A program made the position numbers and the translations under genes. 64,000 nt of DNA, taken from NCBI GenBank assembly GCA_030646755.1, contig JAUSKU010000092.1:14270-78269 (forward strand). The letters are read 5' to 3'. The notes under the pieces are model-generated. The model did no database searches. It was not told where the DNA came from and worked only from the letters and a program-made list of their open reading frames with translations. This document shows, one piece after another, positions 18,127 to 26,822 of this stretch. Source of the DNA: Deltaproteobacteria bacterium (GTDB taxonomy: Bacteria; Desulfobacterota; JAENJC01). How positions within the stretch are numbered: position 1 is the first letter of the stretch; each line of letters starts with the position of its first letter.

Positions 18127-20194
18127 TAGTTGTTATTTTTGAAAAATCTGCAAACCCTGAGAATATATCAGAGACCCCCCATAAAAGGGCAAGCCTGTTG
18201 TTTTTTATCTTCTCGTCCTTATCCATTACCATAACGCCGTCAAAAAAGGCATCTACAGGACCTTTAAGTGTTGAGACTTCAATCAACGCGGAGTCGAAAT
18301 CCTCTTGAAGTGTAAGTTTCGGAACCGTTACCCTAACCATGCTTGAAGAGTCATAAAGTACCCTCTCTGCCTGATGCTGAAACAGCGATGAATCAACAGT
18401 AGTTCTTGCTGTCCCCCTGGTGATATTTCCAGCTCTCTTAAATGCAATGGCCAAGGGCTCAAAATCAGGCCTCTTCTTAATCTCTGAGAGAGCCCTTACT
18501 ATCCTGGCTGACCTTACAATATCATCGAAATTAGCGGACAGCACTGCATCCACCACATCAGCAGGATATCCATCCCCAGTCAGGAGGTTCATAACCCTGA
18601 CTCTTATATACTCCATGACCTCTTTTTTTACGTCTTCGGCAGGCCTTGTAATCTTGCCGCTCAAAAGTTCTATTGCCTTATCTGCAAGCATTGAGATTGA
18701 AATCCTGTAGTTTCTTGTCAGTATGATGTTAATAATCGCTATGGTATGTCTTCTAAGGGCAAAAGGATCGGTTGCGCCGGTTGGAATCTGGCCTATGCCA
18801 AAACAGCCGCAGATAGTATCAATCCTGTCTGCTATGCTTAAAATAGCCCCGGCATCGCTCACAGGAACACCATCCTCCGCAAATCGAGGCAGATAATGGT
18901 CATAGATAGCTGCGGCAACTTCCGCATCCTCATTGGCAACACGGGCATACTCCCTGCCCATGATACCTTGAAGCTCAGGGAATTCACCTACCATACCTGT
19001 CACAAGGTCGGCCTTGCAAAGGTATGCAGCTCTTGAAACGGTTTCTTTTACTTCCGGCTTTAAGATATCGGCCAGAAACAGAGTGATACTCTTAAACCTC
19101 TCCATCTTTTCATAGACAGTGCCCAACTTGGCCTGAAAGACTACGCCTTTCAGCTTCTCCACCCTTTTTTCTAAAGGTATCTTCTTGTCCTCGTTATAGA
19201 AAAAGGCAGCATCTGAAAGCCTTGCCCTGAGAACTCTTTCATTTCCTTTTCTCACCACATCTATATCTTTAGCCGCAGTGTTGCTTACTGCTATGAAATG
19301 AGGGAGAAGGATTCCATCCTTGTCAACAAGCGAGAAGTACTTCTGATGCTTCCTCATGGCAGTAATCAAGACATCTTTAGGGAGATTCAGGAACTCCCCT
19401 TCAAAGCTGCCAAGTAAGGCTACCGGATATTCAACGAGAAATGCAACCGTATCAAGCAACTCCTTGTCCTCTATTACCAAGCCATTAGAAGAAGATGCCA
19501 GCTTATGAACCTGCTCCCTGATTATCGCCTTTCTCTTCTCATGGTCTACAATCACAAACCCCTTCTCAGTCTTGTCGAGATAATCCGCAAGGCCGCTTAC
19601 CTTGAATGACGCAGGCGCCATGAAACGATGCCCGCGAGACTCATTTCCGCTTTTTACCTCTCCAAAGCTGAAGGGTATTACATCGAAGCCAAACAGGGCG
19701 ACTATCCAGTGGATAGGCCTTGCAAACCTCACATCCAGGTCTCTCCAGCGCATAGACTTCCTGAAAGATATGGATGAAATGAGTCTTGGGAGTATTTCTT
19801 CCAAAAGGTCAGCAACAGGCCTTCCCTTCTCCTCTTTCTGTACAGCGAGGTACTCCCCCTTTGGGGTCTCGACTACCTTGAGGTCGGAGACATCAACACC
19901 CTGAGACCTGGCAAACCCTTCTGCCGCCTTTGTAAGGTTCCCTTTATCATCAAATGCAGCCTTCTTTGCAGGCCCCATCACCTGGATGGAGATGTCCTCC
20001 TGCATTTCCGCTACATTGGAGACGGAAAGGACAAGCCGCCTCGGAGTCCCGAAGGTCTTCACATCTCCATGCTTGATACGCAGGGAGGAAAGCTCCTTTC
20101 TAATAAGGGCATCCATCTCTTCAAGGGCCTTGGGGACAAACCCTGCGGGAATCTCCTCTGTGCCTATCTCTAAAAAAAGTTCTTTCAAAATCAC
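18113..20194 (-). CDS. glyS: glycine--tRNA ligase beta subunit
   Basis: The ORF is 693 aa with the N-terminus MILKELFLEIGTEEIPAGF typical of GlyS. It is adjacent to glyQ. Confidence 0.9.
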   Translation of the reverse strand: MILKELFLEIGTEEIPAGFVPKALEEMDALIRKELSSLRIKHGDVKTFGTPRRLVLSVSNVAEMQEDISIQVMGPAKKAAFDDKGNLTKAAEGFARSQGVDVSDLKVVETPKGEYLAVQKEEKGRPVADLLEEILPRLISSISFRKSMRWRDLDVRFARPIHWIVALFGFDVIPFSFGEVKSGNESRGHRFMAPASFKVSGLADYLDKTEKGFVIVDHEKRKAIIREQVHKLASSSNGLVIEDKELLDTVAFLVEYPVALLGSFEGEFLNLPKDVLITAMRKHQKYFSLVDKDGILLPHFIAVSNTAAKDIDVVRKGNERVLRARLSDAAFFYNEDKKIPLEKRVEKLKGVVFQAKLGTVYEKMERFKSITLFLADILKPEVKETVSRAAYLCKADLVTGMVGEFPELQGIMGREYARVANEDAEVAAAIYDHYLPRFAEDGVPVSDAGAILSIADRIDTICGCFGIGQIPTGATDPFALRRHTIAIINIILTRNYRISISMLADKAIELLSGKITRPAEDVKKEVMEYIRVRVMNLLTGDGYPADVVDAVLSANFDDIVRSARIVRALSEIKKRPDFEPLAIAFKRAGNITRGTARTTVDSSLFQHQAERVLYDSSSMVRVTVPKLTLQEDFDSALIEVSTLKGPVDAFFDGVMVMDKDEKIKNNRLALLWGVSDIFSGFADFSKITTTSGQ

Positions 20195-20206
20195 CTCATC
20201 TAAAAA

Positions 20207-20280
20207 TCCCCCTCAATCCCCCTTTTTCAAAGGGGGAGCTAATATTCCCCCCTTTAGCAAAGGGGGGCGAGGGGGGATTT
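20207..20280. repeat. GC-rich palindromic element (C5-7 T3-5 ... G5-7), family copy 1
   Basis: It contains cccccttttt-caaa-gggggag and ttcccccctttagcaaaggggggcgaggggggattt. It lies between glyS and glyQ. Confidence 0.7.
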
Positions 20281-20281
20281 A

Positions 20282-21154
20282 TTACGTGGTTTTCAACAGC
20301 GGAAACCCCAGCGTCTCCCTTTGCCTGAGATAACCTTCAGCGCATAACCTTGCCATGTTCCTTACCCTTCCTATAAACCTCGTCCTCTCAGTCACACTTA
20401 TGGCCCCTCTTGCGTCAAGGAGGTTGAAGGTGTGGGAGCACTTGAGGCAGTAGTCGTACGCAGGGAGTACAAGCCCTGTCTTAATAAGCCTCAATGCCTC
20501 CGCCTCATACATATCAAACAGCTTGAAGAGCATCTCTTTGTCGGCCTCTTCAAAGTTGTACTTTGAAAACTCCACCTCTGTCTGATAGTGGACTGCCCCG
20601 TATTTTATACCATGGCCCCACTCTATGTCGTAGACGTTGTTTCTCCCCTGGAGGTACATGGCAAGCCTCTCAACGCCGTATGTTATCTCTGCTGAAACAG
20701 GCTTGAGGTCTATCCCTCCCGCCTGCTGGAAGTAGGTGAACTGGGTTATCTCCATCCCGTCAAGCCACACCTCCCAGCCCAATCCCCAGGCGCCAAGGGT
20801 CGGGGACTCCCAGTCGTCCTCAACAAAACGGATGTCGTGCTCCATAGGATCTATCCCAATGGTCTTAAGGCTTTCAAGATAAAGCTCCTGGATATTGGAA
20901 GGTGAGGGCTTCATTATTACCTGGAACTGGTAGTAGTGCTGGAGGCGGTTTGGGTTTTCGCCGTACCTTCCATCAGTGGGCCTTCTTGATGGTTCAACGT
21001 AGGCCACGTTCCACGGTTCAGGCCCAAGGACCTGAAGAAATGTTGAGGGATTAAATGTCCCGGCCCCAACCTCAATGTCATAAGGCTGGCGGATGAGACA
21101 TCCTTTTTTTGCCCAGTAGTTTTGCAGAGAAAGGATCAGTTCCTGGAAGGTCAA
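20282..21154 (-). CDS. glyQ: glycine--tRNA ligase alpha subunit
   Basis: The ORF is 290 aa and begins [36 protein letters not shown]. Confidence 0.9.
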   Translation of the reverse strand: MTFQELILSLQNYWAKKGCLIRQPYDIEVGAGTFNPSTFLQVLGPEPWNVAYVEPSRRPTDGRYGENPNRLQHYYQFQVIMKPSPSNIQELYLESLKTIGIDPMEHDIRFVEDDWESPTLGAWGLGWEVWLDGMEITQFTYFQQAGGIDLKPVSAEITYGVERLAMYLQGRNNVYDIEWGHGIKYGAVHYQTEVEFSKYNFEEADKEMLFKLFDMYEAEALRLIKTGLVLPAYDYCLKCSHTFNLLDARGAISVTERTRFIGRVRNMARLCAEGYLRQRETLGFPLLKTT

Positions 21155-21305
21155 TGTCTACCTCAAAATTGTATACAATTTTAATAGATGGGGCTGAAAT
21201 TAGCACTTTCAGGGGCTTATGTCAAGACAATTCCATATTCTAAACTACATGCCAGCTCTTCGAACCCGCCACACGGTAAAGATTACTATTCAGGCAAGAT
21301 TATTC

Positions 21306-21335
21306 TTGACCCGGGATGCAAATAGCGGGTAAAAT
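21306..21335 (+). promoter_or_regulatory. predicted sigma70-type promoter for the cupin gene
   Basis: A TTGACC element at 21306-21311 and a TAAAAT element at 21330-21335 are separated by 18 nt. GGAGGAGG at 21349-21356 precedes the ATG at 21369. Confidence 0.4.
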
Positions 21336-21368
21336 CTCTGAACTATTTGGAGGAGGTGTGTAATTATA

Positions 21369-21722
21369 ATGTATACTGATGAACGTCCTTGGGGTTCTTA
21401 CACCGTACTTGACGAGAATAATGGGTATAAAATAAAGAGAGTGGAGGTAAAACCAAAGCAGAGGCTTTCCCTTCAGAAACATCATCATAGGAGCGAGCAC
21501 TGGATAGTTGTCTCCGGCACCGCCCTTGTAACAAACGGGGACAAAACGATAACAATCAATGTCAACGAAAGCACTTACATCCCCAAGGGAACTGTTCATC
21601 GACTGGAAAATCCGGGTATTATCCCGCTGGTGCTGATAGAGGTCCAGAATGGAGAATACCTTGGGGAGGACGACATAGTCAGGTATGATGATGACTATAA
21701 CAGGAAAGATGAAAATATATAA
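21369..21722 (+). CDS. cupin domain protein (mannose-6-phosphate isomerase type II C-terminal-like)
   Basis: The ORF is 117 aa. The metal-binding motifs QKHHHRSEHW and GTVHRLENPG are present in cupin_2 arrangement. Confidence 0.7.
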   Translation: MYTDERPWGSYTVLDENNGYKIKRVEVKPKQRLSLQKHHHRSEHWIVVSGTALVTNGDKTITINVNESTYIPKGTVHRLENPGIIPLVLIEVQNGEYLGEDDIVRYDDDYNRKDENI

Positions 21723-21753
21723 AAGCCAGATATTCCAAAAAAGAACTTGAGGA

Positions 21754-23667
21754 TTATTTGCCAGGCTTCATTATAACCATGCTGAGAGGTGGAAGCACCA
21801 TGGAAAGTGAAAAGGGCCGTCCGTGACATGGAACGGCTTCAGCCATTATCCCGCCGAAGTTCCCAATGTTCCCACCCCAGTATGCCCCGGAATCGCTGTT
21901 CATAGCCTCTTTATAGAATCCACCATTTGGAACCCCTACCCTGTAACCTATTCTCGCCACAGGAGTAAAATTATACACAAAGACAAGGAAGTCATCAGGG
22001 TTCTTTCCCCTTCTCATAAAGGATATGATACTCCCTTCCGCATCACGGAAGTCTATCCATTCAAACCCGTGATAATCAAAGTCCACCTCATACAGGGCAG
22101 GTTCCGACTGATAAAGCCTGTTTAAATCCCTCACATATCTCTGCAAGCCCTGGTGAGACTCATGTTGCAATAAGTGCCAGTGGACACTCTCATCATGATT
22201 CCACTCCCACCACTGCCCTATCTCCCCTCCCATAAAAAGAAGCTTTTTACCCGGGTGCCCGTACATATAACCAAACAATGCCCTGAGGTTTGCAAACCTC
22301 TGATGGAAGTCTCCGGGCATCTTGTCAAGTAGGGAGCGCTTTCCATGGACCACTTCGTCATGGGAAAGGACAAGGATAAAGTTCTCGGTAAATGCATAAA
22401 TAAGACTGAATGTCAGGTTGTCATGCTGGTATTTCCTGTGGATCGGGTCCTTGGAAAAGTAGCGCAGTGTATCGTTCATCCATCCCATGTTCCACTTCAG
22501 GCTGAAACCAAGCCCTCCAAGGTATGTGGGTCTGGAGACGCCAGTCCATGCTGTAGACTCCTCCGCAATGGTCAACACGCCGGGATATGTGGAATGGAGG
22601 ACCTCGTTGAATCTCTTGAGGAAATCTATCGCCTCCAGGTTTTCATTCCCGCCGTACTGATTAGAGATCCATTCACCCGGCTGCCTTGAATAGTCAAGGT
22701 ATATCATGGAAGCTACTGCATCCACCCTGAGGCCGTCTATATGGTATTTGTCGAGCCAGAAGAGGGCGTTGGACAGCAGGAAGTTTCGAACCTCATTCCT
22801 TCCATAATTGAATATAAGTGTCCCCCAGTCCTGATGTTCGCCCTTTCTTGGGTCCGCATGCTCATACAGGCAGGTCCCGTCAAAACGCGCTAGCCCGTGA
22901 CCATCCTTTGGAAAGTGGGCTGGAACCCAGTCCAATATAATCCCTATCCCTTTCTGGTGCATGTAATCAACAAAGTACATGAACTCTTCAGGTTTCCCGA
23001 AACGGCTGGTAGGGGCAAAGTATCCGATGGTCTGATAACCCCATGAGGCATCAAGAGGATACTCTGTCACAGGCATAAGCTGGACATGGGTGTATCCCAT
23101 TTCTTTTACATACTCTGCAAGTTTTTGGGCAAGTTCCCTGTATGTAAGATAGCGGTTTCCATCTTCCGGGACCCTCATCCATGACCCGAGGTGCACTTCG
23201 TACATAGAAATAGGCGCATCAAGGGCGTTGTGACGCTCCCTCTCAGACAGCCATTTAGCATCATTCCAGGTATATTTATCTATATCATAAACAATTGAGG
23301 CTGATTTTGGTCTAATCTCAGAACTGAAGGCGTATGGATCGGCCTTTTCCAGAACCTCTCCGCTCTTTGATTTAATATTGAATTTATATATCTCACCTTC
23401 GGACAAGCCAGGTATGAATGTCTCCCATATGCCCGAACTACCCAGCATCCTCATCTTATGACCGTTCCCATCCCATCTGTTGAAATCGCCTATCACGCTA
23501 ACAGCTTCAGCATTCGGGGCCCAGACGGCAAAATGGACGCCATTCACGCCTTTCACCTCTCTTACATGGGCTCCAAGCTTCTCATAGTTCTTATAATGGG
23601 TTCCCTCCCCTAATAGGTGAAGGTCAAAATCGGTAAGTATCTGTGGAAATGGATAATCTGCTTTCAT
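21754..23667 (-). CDS. glgB: 1,4-alpha-glucan branching enzyme
   Basis: The ORF is 637 aa. It has a CBM48 N-terminus ([23 protein letters not shown]) and the GH13 catalytic motifs GLRVDAV and EESTAW. Confidence 0.9.
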   Translation of the reverse strand: MKADYPFPQILTDFDLHLLGEGTHYKNYEKLGAHVREVKGVNGVHFAVWAPNAEAVSVIGDFNRWDGNGHKMRMLGSSGIWETFIPGLSEGEIYKFNIKSKSGEVLEKADPYAFSSEIRPKSASIVYDIDKYTWNDAKWLSERERHNALDAPISMYEVHLGSWMRVPEDGNRYLTYRELAQKLAEYVKEMGYTHVQLMPVTEYPLDASWGYQTIGYFAPTSRFGKPEEFMYFVDYMHQKGIGIILDWVPAHFPKDGHGLARFDGTCLYEHADPRKGEHQDWGTLIFNYGRNEVRNFLLSNALFWLDKYHIDGLRVDAVASMIYLDYSRQPGEWISNQYGGNENLEAIDFLKRFNEVLHSTYPGVLTIAEESTAWTGVSRPTYLGGLGFSLKWNMGWMNDTLRYFSKDPIHRKYQHDNLTFSLIYAFTENFILVLSHDEVVHGKRSLLDKMPGDFHQRFANLRALFGYMYGHPGKKLLFMGGEIGQWWEWNHDESVHWHLLQHESHQGLQRYVRDLNRLYQSEPALYEVDFDYHGFEWIDFRDAEGSIISFMRRGKNPDDFLVFVYNFTPVARIGYRVGVPNGGFYKEAMNSDSGAYWGGNIGNFGGIMAEAVPCHGRPFSLSMVLPPLSMVIMKPGK

Positions 23668-23748
23668 TTAGGCCTCTGTTAGTAAAATCATTTTCCTTGA
23701 CTCAAATAAAGTATACTAATAAATTAGAGCTGTCAATAAGGCTACCCT

Positions 23749-24147
23749 ATGAAGATAACTCAAACAATTATAGATGAAATATTGGTTCATGCCAGAGAGG
23801 GTTATCCTGATGAGGTCTGTGGACTTATGGCTGGAAGGGATGGAACCATATCAAGGGTTTTCAGGACAACAAATATAGATAAGAGCTCGATAAGTTATAT
23901 GATGGAACCTGCGGAGCAGTTCAGGGCATTTAAAGAGATGAGGGCAGAAGGGTTAGAGCTGCTGGCTATCTACCATTCCCATCCTACATCCCCTGCGTAT
24001 CCCTCTCAAACAGATGTCAGACTCGCATTTTATCCTGAGGCTGTCTATGTAATAGTGTCCTTACGGAAGGTGGGAAACACTGAGGTTAAGGGATTCAGGA
24101 TCTTGGATGGAAAGATATCCGAGGAGGTGCTGGAAATCATTCCCTGA
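23749..24147 (+). CDS. Mov34/MPN/JAMM family metalloprotease
   Basis: The ORF is 132 aa. The JAMM motif is present as E...HSHPTSPAYPSQTD. Confidence 0.8.
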   Translation: MKITQTIIDEILVHAREGYPDEVCGLMAGRDGTISRVFRTTNIDKSSISYMMEPAEQFRAFKEMRAEGLELLAIYHSHPTSPAYPSQTDVRLAFYPEAVYVIVSLRKVGNTEVKGFRILDGKISEEVLEIIP

Positions 24148-24679
24148 TATTCCTTGGGACACCGTATATCGTGGCCTTTCTCTGAAGCTCTTCCAATTCA
24201 TCCTTAAGCTTTTTTAGTTTTTCCTCAATAACAGGAATCTCAGTTCTATATTGCTCAAATCTTGAAGCCTCGTCTTTTGTTAATAGAATGCCATATATTC
24301 GTCCTCTTACATAGAAAGCTATGAAATCCTGTTTCTTTCCGAGATCTTCTTCAGTATCAGCGATATCCTTCCTCAACGCCTTAAACTTATAAACCCACCA
24401 GTCAAGCGGATAGTCCCCGTAAAGCTCTCTCTTTTCAGTTTCAGGACCTGGAGGTTGCTGGACAGGTTGCGCAGGTTTGGTTTCAGGAGCGGTTTTGACC
24501 TCTTCCTTCTTTACCTTTTCTTGCTCCCAATACTTGTCAGGGACCTTGGTGGGATCGTCTGTCACATGGATGACGCCTTCATCATCGGTCCATTTATATG
24601 TCTCGGCGGATGCGGAAAACGGGTCTAAGATCAAAACAAAGGCAATGATTAATATTACTTCAAGAGCCTTACTTTTCAT
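24137..24679 (-). CDS. secreted DUF4124-like protein
   Basis: It has a signal peptide (MKSKALEVILIIAFVLI). The sequence YKWTDDEGVIHVTDDP resembles DUF4124. The start is taken at the ATG at 24679, which carries a GGAGG ribosome-binding site. Confidence 0.5.
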   Translation of the reverse strand: MKSKALEVILIIAFVLILDPFSASAETYKWTDDEGVIHVTDDPTKVPDKYWEQEKVKKEEVKTAPETKPAQPVQQPPGPETEKRELYGDYPLDWWVYKFKALRKDIADTEEDLGKKQDFIAFYVRGRIYGILLTKDEASRFEQYRTEIPVIEEKLKKLKDELEELQRKATIYGVPRNIRE

Positions 24680-24690
24680 GGCCGCCTCCG

Positions 24691-25602
24691 TTATTCTATG
24701 ACAACAGCCTTCCACTCATCACTGTTTTTTATATCTTCCCATCCAGCCTTGCCATGATACCAGCCGTTGCAGAAACCTATCTTTTCCAAGGGTGATAGTC
24801 TGGTTTTTGCCTCTTCAAGAGTTATCTTACCGTCAAGCTTATCCTTGAAGATCTTTATAACATCCCCTGTAACTCCGTACTGGGGCGATATCCTGGCCTT
24901 TGCAATCCCGATATCCTTGAGTTCATCCAGATAATCAATAAGGTTCATGGTCAGGGCACTCATAATCTGGGTCCCGTTTACTATAAACAAGGGCCTCTTT
25001 TCAAGGGTCTCTATAAGCATCCCTTCAGGAAACTTGCGACAGTCTAACTTGCAGTTGCTCTTGAGGAGGCCGAAGGTCCTTGATGTATAACACCTCCAGG
25101 AAAAGGCCAGGGGAAGCTTACCGTATACAAACGCCTCGGTCTCTATATCAGTATTCTTTGCTATCGCTGCCATGGCATCTTTAGAAAGTTCCACCGGGAA
25201 TACTACTCGATTTACCCCGATACCTTTAAGGAACTCCACACTATCGTAATTATAGCTGGTTATATGAGGGCCTGCCACAAGACCTTTCTTCCCCTTTGCC
25301 AGTTGCAGGGCAGATGCGTCGTTTGCCTCTATTGCAAAGGGAAGCCGGCAAGCCTCTCTTACAACATCAAGCTCCGTATCGTCAGAGACCAAGGCGAGAG
25401 TAGACACAACCACATTCTTCCCAGCCTTCTGAAGCTCCTCCCCTACCCTCCTGATATCATCAAGAGTAAGCCCCCGCTTCCTATGGCAGACCACCTCCCC
25501 CAGATATACGTCGGATACAGGCCACCCGGCGGCCTCCTTATAAAATTCCAAAAGGTTATCCCTGCTCCAATCAAATAGGACAGGGCCTAAAGTAAATTCC
25601 AT
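24691..25602 (-). CDS. peptidase U32 family protein (YhbV/UbiV-like)
   Basis: The ORF is 303 aa with a U32 TIM-barrel-like N-terminus and conserved Cys residues. Confidence 0.65.
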   Translation of the reverse strand: MEFTLGPVLFDWSRDNLLEFYKEAAGWPVSDVYLGEVVCHRKRGLTLDDIRRVGEELQKAGKNVVVSTLALVSDDTELDVVREACRLPFAIEANDASALQLAKGKKGLVAGPHITSYNYDSVEFLKGIGVNRVVFPVELSKDAMAAIAKNTDIETEAFVYGKLPLAFSWRCYTSRTFGLLKSNCKLDCRKFPEGMLIETLEKRPLFIVNGTQIMSALTMNLIDYLDELKDIGIAKARISPQYGVTGDVIKIFKDKLDGKITLEEAKTRLSPLEKIGFCNGWYHGKAGWEDIKNSDEWKAVVIE

Positions 25603-25696
25603 TTACTTCTCCTGTAATGGTAAGTAATTCATGAAGATAATAACACAGGCAGGCAATATCAGCCAAATAGAAAGTTATAGAAGCAAAAACGGGGCT

Positions 25697-26209
25697 TTAA
25701 ACAACCGGCATCCAGAGAGTCAATCCTGGTACGCTTTTGAAATCATTATCGCCTGTTGCAATATGGCGAATGCCCTTCCTTTCCATCACTGCATAGTGGG
25801 CCGCATCTGCAGTAATCAAGCCATATTCCATTGTTTTTTGAAGCGCAGTCATAATATCGCTGTCCTTAAGCTCAAGAACCGTCATACCGGACTCTTTCAG
25901 CAAGGCAATATAGCCCATATACTTCAGGACAGAATCAAGTACCTGCTCCCTTTTCTTTTCGTTATGCAAAAGGGTCTTTACCTTCGGAACGGTAACTTTG
26001 TCGAGGAAATTTGATGCCGACTGCATCAAGAGCTTGAAAGAGACCTCTTCCAGTACAAGGGATGATGTGTATATCTTGAGATTATGCAGCTCTGCCATGT
26101 TTAAGAATTCTACCGAGACATGATTAATGTCAAAGGCATGATGGAGAAAGATATTAGAATCAATGAAAATGGCCTCTTTGCCGTTAAAATACCTAAGATT
26201 TTTCTGCAT
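25697..26209 (-). CDS. vapC: PIN domain toxin (VapC-like)
   Basis: The ORF is 170 aa. The acidic N-terminal motif IFIDSNIFL and its overlap with the upstream AbrB-type antitoxin support the call. Confidence 0.65.
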   Translation of the reverse strand: MQKNLRYFNGKEAIFIDSNIFLHHAFDINHVSVEFLNMAELHNLKIYTSSLVLEEVSFKLLMQSASNFLDKVTVPKVKTLLHNEKKREQVLDSVLKYMGYIALLKESGMTVLELKDSDIMTALQKTMEYGLITADAAHYAVMERKGIRHIATGDNDFKSVPGLTLWMPVV

Positions 26210-26441
26210 AGAGATCCTCCAGAGCCGCTAACGAAAGCTTCCCCCTCACAACCCCCTTATATTTATCCGCATGAGACTCTTTGATGGGAAGGATAAGTAT
26301 TCCCTCCTTCGTCATCTTTACTTCAACCTTGTCACCCTGGGAGATATGCGCCTTATCCCTTAACTCCTTCGGAATAACAATCTGCCCCTTAGCCAAAACC
26401 CTTGCCAAAGACATAAATAACACCTCCTTAAGTTTAACCAA
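26193..26441 (-). CDS. vapB: AbrB/SpoVT/MazE family antitoxin (VapB-like)
   Basis: The ORF is 82 aa. GQIVIPKELRDKAHISQGDKVEV is a swapped-hairpin motif. It overlaps the PIN gene by 17 bp. Confidence 0.65.
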   Translation of the reverse strand: MVKLKEVLFMSLARVLAKGQIVIPKELRDKAHISQGDKVEVKMTKEGILILPIKESHADKYKGVVRGKLSLAALEDLYAEKS

Positions 26442-26822
26442 ATCTTTAGTTTAACTGATAAAATAGTAATACCTTGTAGAGTGGGTGTCAAGGGGAAAAA
26501 GTGGTAGAGGAGAGCAGGATACGAAGCTGACTCAGGGATATTTCAGAAAAATCAGGGACGGGTTAAGATACCGAAATGCAAACCCGTCCCCGATTAGCGC
26601 TCACCCTACAAGGCTGCTTAAGGGTATTCGATTCTAAGGGGCCGCGCCATACGGTCTCCTCTGTTAAAATAAGTGGCCTCGTTTCCTTATAGCGGAAAAT
26701 ACCTTTCATTGCAAGACCCGACCCCAAATGCACCCGCAGCCGAAAACAAACCGCGTTCACCTCCAGACTTGGCGCAGAGAAATACCAGTTCGATTCACTT
26801 TCACTGGCATCTTCACTTGGAA

